A stretch of 63,883 nucleotides of DNA, the filler included, from Phoronis australis (Eukaryota; Animalia; Phoronida), in the NCBI GenBank assembly GCA_002633005.1. It is 7 parts of 7 records of this genome, joined end to end, with 100 filler letters (N's around TTAATTAATTAA, not from the genome) between each part and the next. Parts side by side here need not be neighbours in the genome. Positions count along the whole stretch, not along the records: positions 1 to 11,281 come from NMRA01001705.1; positions 11,382 to 16,865 come from NMRA01002329.1; 5 more parts are not named here. One strand, written 5' to 3'. A program made the translations under genes and the position numbers. Under the pieces are notes generated by a model. That model was given only the letters and a program-made list of their open reading frames with translations. It was not told the origin of the DNA and did not search any database. Shown here one piece after another: positions 1 to 14,105 of this stretch. The stretch's first letter is position 1. Each line of letters starts with the position of its first letter.

Positions 1-1849
1 CGACAAAAATTGCACATTAATGCTTCATGGCTCAGTTCCGACTTTTTGGATTAGTGCACATTCGGACTAGTGAGCTCTGAGCTGCTGCCTTTCTACTTGC
101 AGTAAGTTGTCTACATCAAAAGTTGTTTTTGTGGCGGAAGACAGGGACCAAGAAACTTTGACTAAAGTCTAAGATTTGTCTCATTTTCCTAACTTAGAAA
201 TGTCCGCATCCTCTAAGTTCGTCAAAATTAAGACAAAACTTAAGTCAAAAACTTAAGATCTCTTTCTTTAAAAGGACTTGAGAGAAATTTAAGTCTTATC
301 TTAAAATTGACTTGAATTTAAGCTTAGTCAATTTTCTTGTTACGGGCCCGTTTAAAAAAGCGCATGCCTGCATCAATTTCATCAAAGGTCCTTTTTTTGA
401 AAAATCCTCATAAACGCACGCAATTTTAAACGACGTTGCTTGCCAGTAGTGAGGCGTATTTACTTGTTAATGAAGGTTACAGCCCAAAATTCTGAAGATC
501 CACTACTTCGAAGGCCCACCACTCCAAAAAAACCCATTACTCTGAAAAAAAACACTACTCCGAAGATCCACTACTCCGAAAAAAGATTGCAAGCCCCCCA
601 TTTGGCGAAGTGGGCAAAAAAGGTCTGTCTCCGAGAAACAAAAAGTCCGAGAAAATGAAACAAAAGTCCACTAAATAAGCACAAACGCACAATTCTCAGT
701 GGTGCCCCGCCCTTTTTTTTCGGTCCACGCGCTTTTTCGTTACCAAAAGGTCCACTGCAGGAATTCGAGCCCCCCATATGATTGAAGGCTGGGTGCGTGC
801 AGGATCACTAACTTTAAAACATTCTCAAGCCACTTCATTCACTGCAAACAGTTCATTAGAACAAAATAATCTGAACACATGTTTCTTTTTCAAACACTAG
901 GCGCTTCGGGGCTTAAAAATATAACCGCCCTCATCAGATCTTGAATTGTTGCCGAATGAGTCGACAACTCGAGTCACAAGCAATGCGTACATCCGCCACT
1001 TTCGATTTTACAAGTTTTTGGTTCGCCAATTCCAATTAACTCTGAAGTGTTTTCTCCAGCCGTTGATGTTGGTAACGGAAATGGTATATCACTGTATATA
1101 TAATGAGGCCGATTTTATGATAGTAAAGGGGCTAATTCGTTCTTTGCCAGCTAAACAAGTCGATGCAGGTAAAGTAAAGCAAAAGAATCGAAACTAAGGC
1201 AAGCCAAGTGAGGAGATTCAGTAGCTTCTTGGCCGAATACATTGTTTCTGTGCTTATTTACAAAGTAATCATCTAGTGTAAAGTGACACAAAGTTTTCAG
1301 TCTGAATTATGTTTATTGCTCCTGGAGTGGAATCCTCTTCCGAAAACTGTGCTGGTACTGTATATTATGGGCGTATTTAGGCTCACGACTTACCATCAGC
1401 TAGCCTACAAAATGTGTCAAGGAGCCAGCACACGCAACACACTTTTTGTCGTGAGCCAGCGAACACTATACGATTTCTTTCAACGACATTTTACGTGAGG
1501 AAAAATCGTATCGTGTGCAAACATTTGAATAAAACCCAAAAAATCAAAGTTTTAACTGAACAACAGAGGCTTGACTTACCCGTAACAAAACGGAAGATGG
1601 TAATATGTATTCATTTGATAATGCAAGTGAAAAATACAAAGAATGTGCCGCAAACACCCAGGAAATAATAAGTTGAACGAACAGGTTACGTAGGACCTTG
1701 TCGCCAAGTTTGTGCATTTCGCCAAATATCTACAAAACTATTTATTTTAACTAAGTATTGTGCCAGTCAAGTGATTTCTCACCGCTATGGATATCGTTAC
1801 GACCAAATCACTATCACATGCAACTTCTGCTTTTCGAGGACTTAAGATT

Positions 1850-2197
1850 CATGTTCTGTCGCCTGAGAACTCAACGCGCTGTGGGTAGCCGGGCTAGTTA
1901 GTCCCCGTCTATCAGGTGAAGTCATTTCTAGTACGCCGTGGCAAGTTGTTGTTACTGGGTCGAATAACAGGTGCGACCAGCGCGTTGTTTGATTACGCAT
2001 TGCCAAGATGGCGGATGGTTGATGAGTGGTGCTTCGCTAGCCGGTTACAAATATCGATAATGTTTGCGTTTTTGGAGCTGAAATAATGCCTTCTTATGGC
2101 TAATGTAGTAGATGGAGTAACGAGCGACATTTCTGTAGAATGTGCCGAGTGATCAACGTTCTCTGCGCCGTATGGATGGCTTTAACTTTGAATTCAG
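1850..2197 (+). promoter_or_regulatory. Probable promoter and first exon of an unidentified gene
   Basis: Locally CpG-rich. YY1-type CAAGATGGCGG motif at 2004-2014. Strong donor TTCAG|GTAAAG after 2197, followed by CpG-poor intron-like DNA. Possible short coding start (MDGFNFEF from 2172). Confidence 0.5.
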
Positions 2198-4817
2198 GTA
2201 AAGGTTACAAAGCCAATGTTAGCGTAACTTCCTCGGAGTGCCAGTTTACTTAACGCTTTTGTTAATGTGTTAATGCTCGTTTAGCAAATAGGTACTAACA
2301 CAACGACTGGACCTTGGCCCCTAACTCTCGCAGTTCATTGCTATGCTACCAGTTGTGTTTTGTTACATAATTTAACAGTGTTTTTGTGGGCTTTGAGGGA
2401 TTACCAAACCCAACAGAATAAACGAAACAGTTCGTAACAGAGGTCTTTTTAAGTAGAAGTAGACAAAGTCCCTTGTCATAACTTGACAGTGACAATTTGT
2501 TATTTTTAATAAACCAGCCTTAAACAAACTCTGCTACTGCTTCAACACTTGCTCTCAGTGGTTACTACACTACACTACACTACTGTTTTCAGTTCCTTTA
2601 TGACTTGAGCTAATCTTTCTTTTGTAAGTTGGTAAGTGTCTCAAATGACAATTCATGTTGAAAACAGGGTTAATCTACATGGGACTGTGTTTGCCCTTAG
2701 ATTAAAGTTAGTATTTCAAACATAATAGTACCTTTTGACCCTGACATAAAAGGTGCAGTGAAACACTAACAGTTTTTGTACATACATGTGTAGTTGTACT
2801 AAATCTTGTTGAGAGCCCAGTGCTGGACTGTAGCCTCCATCACGTTTGTACATCTACAAACTGTAATAAAGTACTTTCTGATAATAGAAATTCGTGAAAT
2901 TTGATTGGTGACTTTTGTAACAATCTGCAAGTAATTGACATATGACCTCAACTTTTTAATAAAATTTAGTTGAAAAAGATAGTTACATACATTTGCAGCA
3001 GGTCAGCATTATCAATAAAATGGCCAAATTTCACTTTATTTACCTGTTCAAGATGAAATCTTAAAAAATGCCTTTAGTTTTCTAAATTATTTCATTTCCT
3101 TTCACGAAACTTTCTATTTCATAGAATAGTGCATAGTATCCGATTATCCATTTCTGAGGTACAAATTGGTTTTCCAAAGGTGAAGTGCATCTGTCTAAAT
3201 CTCCATTTGGAAATGGTGTATGTGTCTTCCACAGTCATTTACTTCTCTTTACCACACACTGTAATTGTTGGATCACCACATCACATACTGTCAAAGTTGA
3301 GTCAACATGCAGTGTTGTTGGACTAGTTCACATCAGACAATGTCTTTTGTCTGGCAACTGGTAATGACAGACTGGTTGTATGGTAAAAGGTGTGAACAGT
3401 AGGTTGACCTCTGTGAAAGTAATATGAACCTATTTGTACACTTTTGACTTATAGTTGCTGCAACTAACACCCCAGACTGTTGCACCGTGGGAACAAATGG
3501 TTTACAAAATGAACACCAAGCAACTGCAAAGNNNNNNNNNNNNNNNNNNNNNNNNNNNNNNNNNNNNNNNNNNNNNNNNNNNNNNNNNNNNNNNNNNNNN
3601 NNNNNNNNNNNNNNNNNNNNNNNNNNNNNNNNNNNNNNNNNNNNNNNNNNNNNNNNNNNNNNNNNNNNNNNNNNNNNNNNNNNNNNNNNNNNNNNNNNNN
3701 NNNNNNNNNNNNNNTAAAAAACAGTAGCATTTTAGCCAGTTCATGAAGGGGATATTGACAAGGCATGTGATTTATAGTCATCATTTAAGTACTGGATATA
3801 ATGTGCATCATTTAATGTGCATTATGATACAAGTGGCCTAGTAGTTGTGTTTGGTTTTTATTATTTCCAGGCAGACATGTGTACATAACTTTATTACAAA
3901 TGTCTGCAGCTGTAATGTCATGGCCCAGTCATTCCTCCACACAAGTAGTAGTTAAATGGTTTCAGATCTTGTGTATTACACTTTGCTAATTGAGCATATC
4001 TGTGCCTTAATCTTAAGTCTCTATTACATAACTCAAGTGTGTATTACATATCCAATAAAGCATGTGTGCTTGCCTACATTGTCCTGATATCCCCAGAGGA
4101 TACACTAGAGGCTGCTGCTTGGTGGTTGAATGTTGTAGCTAGCATATTCAATTGGCAGATATTTTTGACACTCAGTTTGTCTGTAGGCTGTTTTCTCTAT
4201 AATTATGTCCAGTCTGACTTGTCAAGGTTAGCTGGTCTTGGATAGGACGAGTTTGACTTTTAAGTGTCTGTGGATGGGGGCGTGGGGTCCAGGCATGCAT
4301 ATGGTGGGCCCTGTCTGTCACAGCTCTTTGCAATCACTTCAAAGTGTATAATAACCAAGTTCCAATCTTAATGAATTCTCAAAATTAGAATTTTTAGATC
4401 TATTATTAATGCATAGGGCCTACTATGACAGTGTTTTCAATTCAACATTTATATGCTGCACAATGACCCAAATCAATGTGACGTAGATTCGACACCAACT
4501 GTCACCAGGACATAGTGTTCATCTAATTGTAGACTTCAGACCCTCAGGTGAAGTCACCTGTTAACCTAGATAACCAAGTGGTGTAGTGTTGACATCTGAG
4601 CCTGATCTGTGTGTCTGCTGTCTGGTCACACACCTGGCCAAGTCTGAGGTGTTTAGTTCAGGTTGTAGGTGATTCACAACTCTGCCTCGTTTCAAACAGA
4701 TTTGACTTACGCTGTGCCCCCTAGTGGCCTTTTTACTTTATATATTGCGTGGTACTACGTAATATACACCCCTACAAACAATGTGCAGTGCTGTTGTGGG
4801 TGCATTGCAATGCTTTG

Positions 4818-7176
4818 CAGTCGGCGGATCTACGGGGGTTGGGGGGGGTTCAGGGGGTTTAAACCCCCCCCTCGGGCCAGGACCCAAAAATTAGAAAAAA
4901 AAACAAAAGCGTCTCCAGCAAAACAAAAACGGCACTGCCAGCGTGTGTAAACCCCAAGTAAACCAACTTGGAAAAAATTGAGAGGGGGGGTTCACTCTGA
5001 AAATATAGTTTTTTACATTGTGAATTGCTGAGTCTTTGTGGCTCATTGGCAAAACTCGCGGGGATTTATTGTTTGCGCGCTTCCGTCGGCACTTCTGAAG
5101 TAGCCAAGCATTTTAGATGGATTCACCGCTCAAAGAGCAGTTCTATAGCTGATTTCTTTAGGTAACTAGCTTCTTTACTCTAAGATATGTTTTGATTTGA
5201 TTAGGGGAAATACTGCGGTGCCGCAACCCTGATATTTAGGCGAATTGACGTGCAACGTTTTTACCTCATCTGTCATGCCGTGTCATTCTATTACACTCCA
5301 CACGTTTGTAACTGATGTATAGCAAAGTTGTCTTGCGCAATATCATTCAGTGTACATGTACATGTAATATTGTGTACATGTACATGTACATGTAATATTT
5401 TTGAAAAAAATTCTTTTTCCGAAGAATTGCTATTGTGGCGGGCGCCGTGGTCTGGTCACAAGTCCGTTTGAAGACACACTCAAGGAATGACCAAGGGGGC
5501 ACCCACATTGAAAAAGTGACCGCATTCGCGAAAAGTGTGCAGTACCAGAAATTGCGGGGAGGCTGTTCTTTCACAACAAAGTCGATGTTCAATAGGCCTC
5601 CTAGGGAGCCCTAGTTCCGACCTCAACACCTACCGTCTGTCTACCTGCAATAAGCACACTGCCGTCTTCTATAATGGGGATTTCCGCAGAAAGGCTCACC
5701 CGATGAAACACTCATGCCCATGGGCATTTATTTGAAAATAGTACTTCGGGTTTCAAGCGTTCAGACATTGGGACGTTTATTTCGAAAGTTGCAAGAGATG
5801 CAAATAGGTCCTGGGATGCTTCGTTAAGGTTTGAAGTAGTCCATGATGAACAGATCAAATTTAGTTGCGCATGTAAGTCTTTCGAATGGACTTGGCAACC
5901 TTAAGGGTCTTAGTGTCAACTGAGCTGCGAAACGAGATGCTGACATTGTAGAGGCTTACCAGCTCATTGACACAGCAGTTGACGAAGTGCAAGCGTTGGG
6001 AAAAAACATCGAAGATATCTGGGTAGAATGGTTCCAAGACGAGTAAATCATTGGATCCGATATACAAATTCCTCGGCAGTCTAGACAACAGAAGGATAGG
6101 ACTAACGTATGAGTAACCACTGGGGATTAAAATCTTAGAGAGAAGTTTTCATTTCAAAATTTTTTGCATAGTACACTTTAGGTCTCGCGACGGACCAGGC
6201 CAGCTTGATTTGTGTAGATGTTGTGTTTCAGTGTACTTCTGGTCCCTCGGCGAACTAGTCTTGTGATTTTTTTACCAAAGTGTGCTTTGTAAAACTATTT
6301 ATCCCAGCCTGTACTGTTTGATCCCGCGACAGATCGACTATTTGTATAGGGATAATAAGCACAGGTGTACTCTTGGTCTCGTGACGGGCCAGGTCAGCTT
6401 TTTGTGTACTCTCAGTGTACATCTGGTCCCTCTGCAAACTAGTCCAGTGTATCTTTTCACCACTGTGCACAGGATGTTTTGGTTTCGTGAAACTGTTTTC
6501 AGATGATTTGTTTCCTGATAGATTTGACGTTTTTCAATTGTTGTCATCGTGATTCAACTTAATAAAGTGATACCTAATTATCTATTGTCGCTTTTGATAA
6601 TAGACTATTAGTTGAGAGCACCATCGTCCGCCAGTTTTTCTCGTAACGAGACAGAACACATGTTTATTTCCGGACTAACAGCACAGGTCTTCGTTCTTAA
6701 ACAACTTGAGGCTGCTGTTATGCGATCATCTGATATTCAAGTTTTTACGCCCCGTCGGTGCTCCTTAATTATGCTCTTGAATATTTGGAAATTGTCTTAA
6801 CCCCTGTATACACACCACACTTTTTCGTATACGACTTTTCGTATACTAAAAAAGGTGTGTGTAAGCAGATGTTCCTACAAAAATTTTTGCTGGTGGCGTG
6901 ACTCATACCCAGATGTGCAAAATATGGTTTCACGAAACTTATGTGCCAAGTTCATGTGATGAAATCGTGAAGGGTTTTTAATTATCTTAAGAAAAACTCC
7001 AGAGACATGTTAAGTTCCAGAAACTTACCAGGATGCATGGAAATTTCACTATTTGGCTACAAAAACAAAAAAATATCCCCCCTCCCGACCTCCCCCTGCT
7101 CGGCGCCAAGCGCCTAGGATTCGACCTTGGCGGGAATCCTAAACCCCCCCTTGCTGAAAACGTAGATCCGCCACTG
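4818..7176. mobile_element. Degenerate hAT-like DNA transposon (~2.4 kb)
   Basis: Terminal inverted repeats CAGT(C)GGCGGATCTACG ... CGTAGATCCGCCACTG with G/C-run subterminal tracts. Only CTTTG is shared between flanks, so a full TSD is not preserved. No intact transposase. Confidence 0.65.
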
Positions 7177-7584
7177 CTTTGGCTTGCTCTTGTTGTCATT
7201 GGTGTCAAGGTTTGCTTCATCCAATACTGTGAATCCCCCCTCCTCTGTTATGTGTCTTGGCACACACTTATCCCTAAAGCCTTGCTTCTGTGATGAAAAT
7301 AGACTGAATTTGAAATTCTCCTTCAGAATACATGTTTGTTGATTATTGTATAACTAGGGCTGGGCAGTGCTCATTATTTACTCATTTTTAATCCATTGAG
7401 ACTTTTTGTGAAATTGGTTTTTGAAATGAAAGATCTTGTCTGCAAATGCGTATTTTTTATTGGCAAATGATTGTTGTGGCAGCTTAGCTGGTAAGGTCAT
7501 CCTAATTACGTGGCGACTTAGTTTTTATAATTAACATCTTTAGTCTTTATCACAACACTCAACAGTACTGTATTGGACATTCTT

Positions 7585-7980
7585 TAGTTCCATCCACACA
7601 CAACCTACCCTAGAACAACTTGCACTGGTGCAACTCACCCCACTTGTAAGTGGAGCGTCCACACACACACGCATATCCGGTAACTAGGGTAAGGCAGAAG
7701 TTGTCGCTCTGCGCGTGTACTCCGCGCAAAAGAAAACCCGTATGTATATGTAACTGAACCTGATTATTACTTCTGCCCTACACCACTTTTGCGGCAACAG
7801 CCATTTCATGTGATGCAAGTTACTCTAGAACAAGTAACCCCATCTCCATAATGACCAGTAAGTTAGTCACAAGTGGAGTTAGTTGTACCAGTATAATGAT
7901 GGTGTCCACAGCCTCCTATCCTAGTAACAACTGTCTCCAGGAGTATCTTGTTTTAGGCTAAGTCTGTGTGGATGGCACTA
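7585..7980. mobile_element. MITE (possibly PIF/Harbinger-like)
   Basis: Inverted termini TAGTTCCATCCACACA / TGTGTGGATGGCACTA and internal inverted similarity. Confidence 0.55.
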
Positions 7981-10900
7981 TTGTGATGAACCAGTTGAAG
8001 GTTTTCTGTAAAAATGGTGCATCTCAAACAAGGAGTATCATGTGTGCTGTTTATTTGTATAACACTTAAGGCAAACTGTTCATTTCATTACAACACAGCA
8101 TGCTTTGATCAATCTCAACACAGTCCTTTGGGCATTTCTAAAGCTCTTGTGCACACTCTGATTAGTCATAGTCAAGACTTTGTAATAGACTGTCCTGAAT
8201 GTATAATCTACTAATCAGTTCCTGTAAACAGGTATTTATTTGACTTTTTAAGCAAAAAAGTTTTATGTGACATGCGGAGCATTCTGATTTTGATCAAATT
8301 TTCAAATGCCTTTGGAGAAGTCAAATGTGCCTTTTGAAGCACTGTCTGCAACATACAAATGTATCAATGAGTTAAGCTCCTTAAATGTAGACACTGTATG
8401 GCAGTACCAAACATTATAAGAAAACTTTACTTAAGAATAATAACACTTTGTTTTTGTATACCTGACATCAATAAACCTGTGGTGACAGGTAAGGCTTGTA
8501 GGGATTAGAAACAAAGTTGTCTTGACTGAGGTTGGGGTGGACCAGAACTACTCAGGTTCCTTGACCAGCAGTTGCCAGTCCGTGGCCTTCCATATTATGA
8601 TCATGTAATAGAAAACACTCTGCGTACAACTCTTAAGCATTGTAAGAGCATAAAAGTTTTTTCCCGGTGTGCATTAAGGAATATGATACTAACTTAACTC
8701 CTGTATGAGTGGATCGTCGATGCAGACTCCGAAGTTAATTGAAACGCTCCACTGTTAAATCCACCTGTTTACTGCGAAGTTAACTGGCACTGTTATCTTT
8801 GATCCAGGACCGAAGTTAACCGTTCATACTGACCGCAACTTCTCAATACATTAACGTGTCGACGCTTGTATGTAAGGGCCTTTAAATGGTCTAAATTGAC
8901 GGGCAAATTGGAATTTCTTTCACTGAGGATATTTTGATATGATGGAATTTTTGGGTTAAAGCAGCTATTAAGCCTACCTTCCATGACAAAAAACTTTTGC
9001 TGTAGACCACTTACCATTATGGAATTGGTCTCAAATTGTTCTTTAGACAAATTGGAGGTGATTTCAGGGCTTCAGATGAGCTGACAGTTCGTTATTTCTT
9101 CTAAACAAGCTCATAAAATATCAGGTCACATGAGCTTGGTATAAAGAAACAAACTGTCGATTCTTCCGAAGTCCAGAGAACATTTCTATACTAAGTAACG
9201 AACAAGTTAAAAAATTACAGCAATTGCATAAATCAGAACTTATTTGATTGAAAACATGGACTTAATGTCAGGTTGGTTAATATATGAATATATATTTATA
9301 GCTGGCTTAAATAAACCTTTTTGAAAAAATCATGTTTAATGCCAGTTTAATCATTAGAACATCCCTGTGACATTGACACTTTACAGCAGGATGGTGGAAC
9401 AGAATATTTTGAAAATGCTGGGAAATCCCACTACATTAAATTTACATTATACACAAATTCAGGAGACTATCTCCAAGTGCCCTATCGCCATCTAGTGACC
9501 AGCCAGGCAAAGCATATTTTATAATGCATTGGGAAAATAGCAATTAACACCTTCTTTATTGACATCTTGGTTCAAAGTTGGTTTCAACCTTGCATGGATG
9601 ACTGCAAGTCTGTTGATCTAATCAAATTAGTGTCTTCTCAAGCACTAGCAGATGTAATTAGTTAGTGATAGAGATGTCTTATCCAACTGAAAATCTGTTT
9701 CTTGGGAGCTTTGCATTTCACATTTCATGAAACTGGTAAAATCTCACCAATTTCGGACAAAATAATTGCCAAATTTGACCTTTTTGATGTTTTCAAAACC
9801 TAATGCTGTGAGAGCCCACATTTTTTAGAAATATTGTCTGATAGTGTGTAACTTGAAAATGGTAGAGCATTAGTTTGGTACTAATTTTGTATTTGAAAAA
9901 GTGGTAAATTTCACATTCCCTGCTTTATTGTTCTCTGAATTCTTGACATTTTACTGCAAGACTGAGATCATTTTGAATTTTGAATTGATTTGGACATTGG
10001 GCAAAAAGCATAATTGGTGGGGTCTGTGTTTTTGTGTTTTTTGAAAATCATGGTGGTGCAGTATTTTCAGTAGCTCACTTTCTCAAAACAAAAGAGAATT
10101 CATCTGAGATGAGTGAAAATGATGAAATGTCCTTTTTACTCATTGTTTGGCAAATCATGGCATTTGAAACCACGCTGTTGTTCCTTTGTGCAACTTTTCA
10201 AAAAATAAACATGGAAATGATGAGACAAGAAGTTTTTGGTTGGTGAGTGCTGATCACAAAAGCTGTCGGGTTGAGATCAGAACCAGCTATGTTTTTTGGC
10301 CGTATCTCAAACTAAAATAAAGAAAAGATCAGTGACAGAAATTTGATTACGGGGACCTTTTGGGACTTTGATAAGATTTAGTGCCTTTGTGTGCAGGAAT
10401 ATTTATGCTTGGATTTAACATGTTTCAAGACTTGTTTGTTATTGTTAAACAGGCATAAACTATGCATACCTGAAAAAAGGTGATGTTAAATTTCTTCTGT
10501 TTTCAAAATATGCTCAGTTTTGTGTACACTAACAGCTTCTGGAGAATGTGGAGGTTAGCTTGGCAGTAAATGTTTTTCTTGTGGTCTTCACACTGGTTAG
10601 ACACGAACAAATTGTTTGGATGGGTGTTTGGTCTAAATGTGAAGACCAATATGGTGGATCCATCTTGTTATATCTAAATGGGAACATATAATATTGTGTA
10701 TACCCATGAGAACAAATTGTGTGTGGGGGGAGGGGGAGGGGGGGGTCATGTTAGCTTAAAATGTGACATGTCTGGGTCCACTTTAGGTCTTAATGGGTTG
10801 CATTCTTACTGTCTCTAAATATGAATGCATTAATGATTGCTGGGTCTAAATATGAATGTATGTCGTGTTATGGTTAGGTCTCATTCTTCATTCCTCATGT

Positions 10901-11281
10901 CTTCTAATTGCTCAGCAGCTTCACACTAAGTAAACTACTTTTGCCTGGTAACTGGGGTACCGGCATAAATAGCCTGACATTGATCATAGACAGTGTGCGA
11001 AAATTTATGTCTTGATCTGATTGTTGAAGAGTTTACCTGCTTGTAATGCTTAAATACAGATCTATTCCAGCTGCAGTATATTCAGTCCTTACATGAGACA
11101 TTCATACAACATTCCTGTTGGTCACTACACTTTCAACTGTTGTATTCTCATGCCTGTTGTTGTGCTAGTCTGTTATCTCTTTGTTCTCTATATACCACAA
11201 CTGTGTGCTGTTGAACAAAGTAGATGTTTGACAACTCATATATGGAGGTAACTGGTCCACTCACAAGATGTTTGCTTCTAC

Positions 11282-11381
11282 NNNNNNNNNNNNNNNNNNN
11301 NNNNNNNNNNNNNNNNNNNNNNNNNTTAATTAATTAANNNNNNNNNNNNNNNNNNNNNNNNNNNNNNNNNNNNNNNNNNNN
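11282..11381. other. Artificial scaffold-concatenation spacer 1 (44N-TTAATTAATTAA-44N)
   Basis: Exactly 100 bp. The central 12-mer (11326-11337) has stop codons in all six frames. The same construct recurs five more times. Confidence 0.97.
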
Positions 11382-12007
11382 CATTGTGGGTAATTTGCGA
11401 TGAAATGTGTGAATTAACAGTGCTTAAAATATCAAAACACTCCCATGGTGGAAAATTATCTTCTTTAAACAAAATATGTGACAAGTTATTAGCGACATTC
11501 CAAAATTGAAGAAAAGTTCCTGTATTTTGAAAAAGTGTGATCTACTGTAAGTCTGGTTTAAATACTAATTGGTGTGACATGCTGTTGCCATAGCACGTCC
11601 ACTGCAAGATACTTGCAAACACGATTCTCACTAATAAATATATCGTGTTATGAACCTAAACACGTTTCCCAAAGTACTTACACCGTCTACACTCATTACG
11701 CTGAACTGCACTGAGATATAGAAGCTATATATATGCTCGTGACTGCGCTAGTCATAACACCAGACCCTGAATGTGTAACTTGAATGAATATGTTCGGCTT
11801 TTAATTTTAATTTTGATTTTGAAATTAAAGAGAACAGTGATCAACAAAGCTGACAATAGCCTCTCTGGTCATAGCCAGCTATAATTTATAGAACTTGCCA
11901 ATTTGAGGTACCTTACAATTAAGTACATTATATACATGTACGTATAAATATACATATATATTATACACATAACACTGCAGGATCATATTAATTTTGCATT
12001 CTTTCAG

Positions 12008-12222
12008 TTTGTGGTACCCAGTTCAGAGTATACTGTGCACTTTGATCCTGACAAGTTTGTAGATGACACAAAGCAGTTCGTTAACATGTTTGGTCCTCTT
12101 GGGAAGATTGGTTGGCAATGGAGCTCCAACGCTTTGCCAATATGGATGCGTGAAACGCACTGGTCAAAGCCCATGACCGATATGCTGCGTCGAACTTCAG
12201 TTTGGAATCTGTACTCTATGAG
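12008..12222 (+). CDS. Unidentified protein, internal exon A (FVVPSSEYTVHFDPDKF...WNLYSM)
   Basis: Acceptor tttcag|, open frame, donor AG|gtgtgt (phase 2), compatible with the next exon. Confidence 0.75.
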
Positions 12223-13099
12223 GTGTGTAGAGTCGAGACTCAAGTTTTATTCAGGCTAATTATGTGTCCACACATTCATATATTGCTCTGTTCACTATCT
12301 ATTAATAAAACTACTTGCAGGGTTATAATGAAGTTTGATAGATTTGTTTCTTGGACCTATCTGACTATCGCTGTTCCCCTTAGTCACGATTTTAGTTTTA
12401 TGCATTTGCCTGTGTGTCTTCGGAGTTCCTGTCTTGATTTTCATGAAATTTGGCATATAGGATTGATGTATTAAAAAGACGGCTTTGTCAATCAATTTTC
12501 AGACATATTTAATGCATTTTTTGTCTCTTGGTAACCAATTTTTGTTATTTGTGAGTCAGTGTTCTCTGACATTCACCTCCATGTCTACCGAACCCCTCGA
12601 TGAAAAGTAACAGATGTATTCCTGCTTATGAGACCTTTGACATTGATTTTCGGACGTGTCCGACTAATGTGTCGCCTCTTCGTGAAAATTTTTTTACATC
12701 TGAGGCTGAATCTCCGTAACGCTTTGTTGGAGTTTTATGAAATTGCTCAGTTTGTGAAATGCCTATCTCCTCATACATAAAAATAGTAAACTGCAAGGAC
12801 TGAAAGTACTCACAAAATGTTTACAGATCAAGGTCTTCTGACTAAATCTCAACCCAGTCTGAGAGTGTCCGAGTGTTTGAGAGCACTTTTATAACAATAA
12901 GTGGTCTGTATATCTGCAGCTGTTTTTTTTTGCTCAAACTCTGTGCATGATTGTTTTAAACCTTGTAAGTCCTGCATTGATGTACTGTGATGATTGTCGG
13001 CATTTGAAACTGGCTCTTCATTCCTAAGCTTTGACTTGATCACAGTGAAAAGCATTCATTATATTTTTACATGTTAACTGATTGCTTCTCTTTGGCCAG

Positions 13100-13242
13100 C
13101 TTGATTCAAGAAAACGTGAAGAAGTTCCTTGTGTACCTTCGTCTTGCTATACCCAACACATTGACAAACGAACAGAACCTTGCATTTCTCAATGTGCAAG
13201 ATATCATCACATTGGTTTATGAAATACTGAAGGGCCTTGGAG
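13100..13242 (+). CDS. Unidentified protein, exon B (LIQENVKKFLVYLRLAIP...ILKGLG)
   Basis: ccag| acceptor (phase 2), G|gtgagt donor (phase 1). Confidence 0.8.
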
Positions 13243-14105
13243 GTGAGTACATGTGACAAAACATCAGATTTGTGTGGAAATTGGAGTTTACAAGTTTGTT
13301 GACATCAGAATTATTGATATATGTTGTTGGCTATGTAAAACTCCCACAGTGTTGTATTTTCACACAAAACAACATTTTTGCCCAGAAAACTCTGGTGTCT
13401 TGATATGCCTCCCCAAAGTTTCAAGGAATTGTGATTAAGAAATACCATAGTGTATTTAACCATGTCATTTTGTGATTTGACCCTGAATTTTTGCCCATTC
13501 TTGATTTTTATGCATACTTTATCTCAAGCAGCCTTCCACGTACTGGACCTTCTGTGGGGATTGCGGCATGTCCGTCAATGTTTTGTAGGAAATTCAATCT
13601 GAGGTGTATAAGAATTAGTGCACACTGGAAAGTCAGTAGTACTTGGTATCAGTCCTTTCTTGAAACATCGACTACGCAGACTGTATTGTAGTGTCAACAC
13701 TATTGGAAAATATATTCCTCTTGCCTAATTCCTTAAGTTGTGTAGGCACTTAAGTGGTCACCATTGTATTGCCACAGAAGAGATGTCTAGTTACAGTTCA
13801 TCTACCCAGGTAGGTTCTTCTGTTATCTGTTGCTGCCAGATCAAAGCTGCGATGTCAGAATGGTAGTTTTTTATGAATCCCTCAGTGAAGCCAGCTGTGC
13901 CCTCTAGTGGCTATATCTATACTTAATTCCATTGAGGATCTTCAGCGGTGTTCCTAAAGCATTCTAGTTGAAACGCACATGGTCCATGCTTTCAAGTTGT
14001 GCATGCATAAGGCGTGCGACGTAGCGTGGCATAGAGCTAGGTAGAGTAAACAAGCCAAAATTGCACTCTATGGAGAACTGGTAGTAAATTGTTGGTTTCC
14101 CTTAA

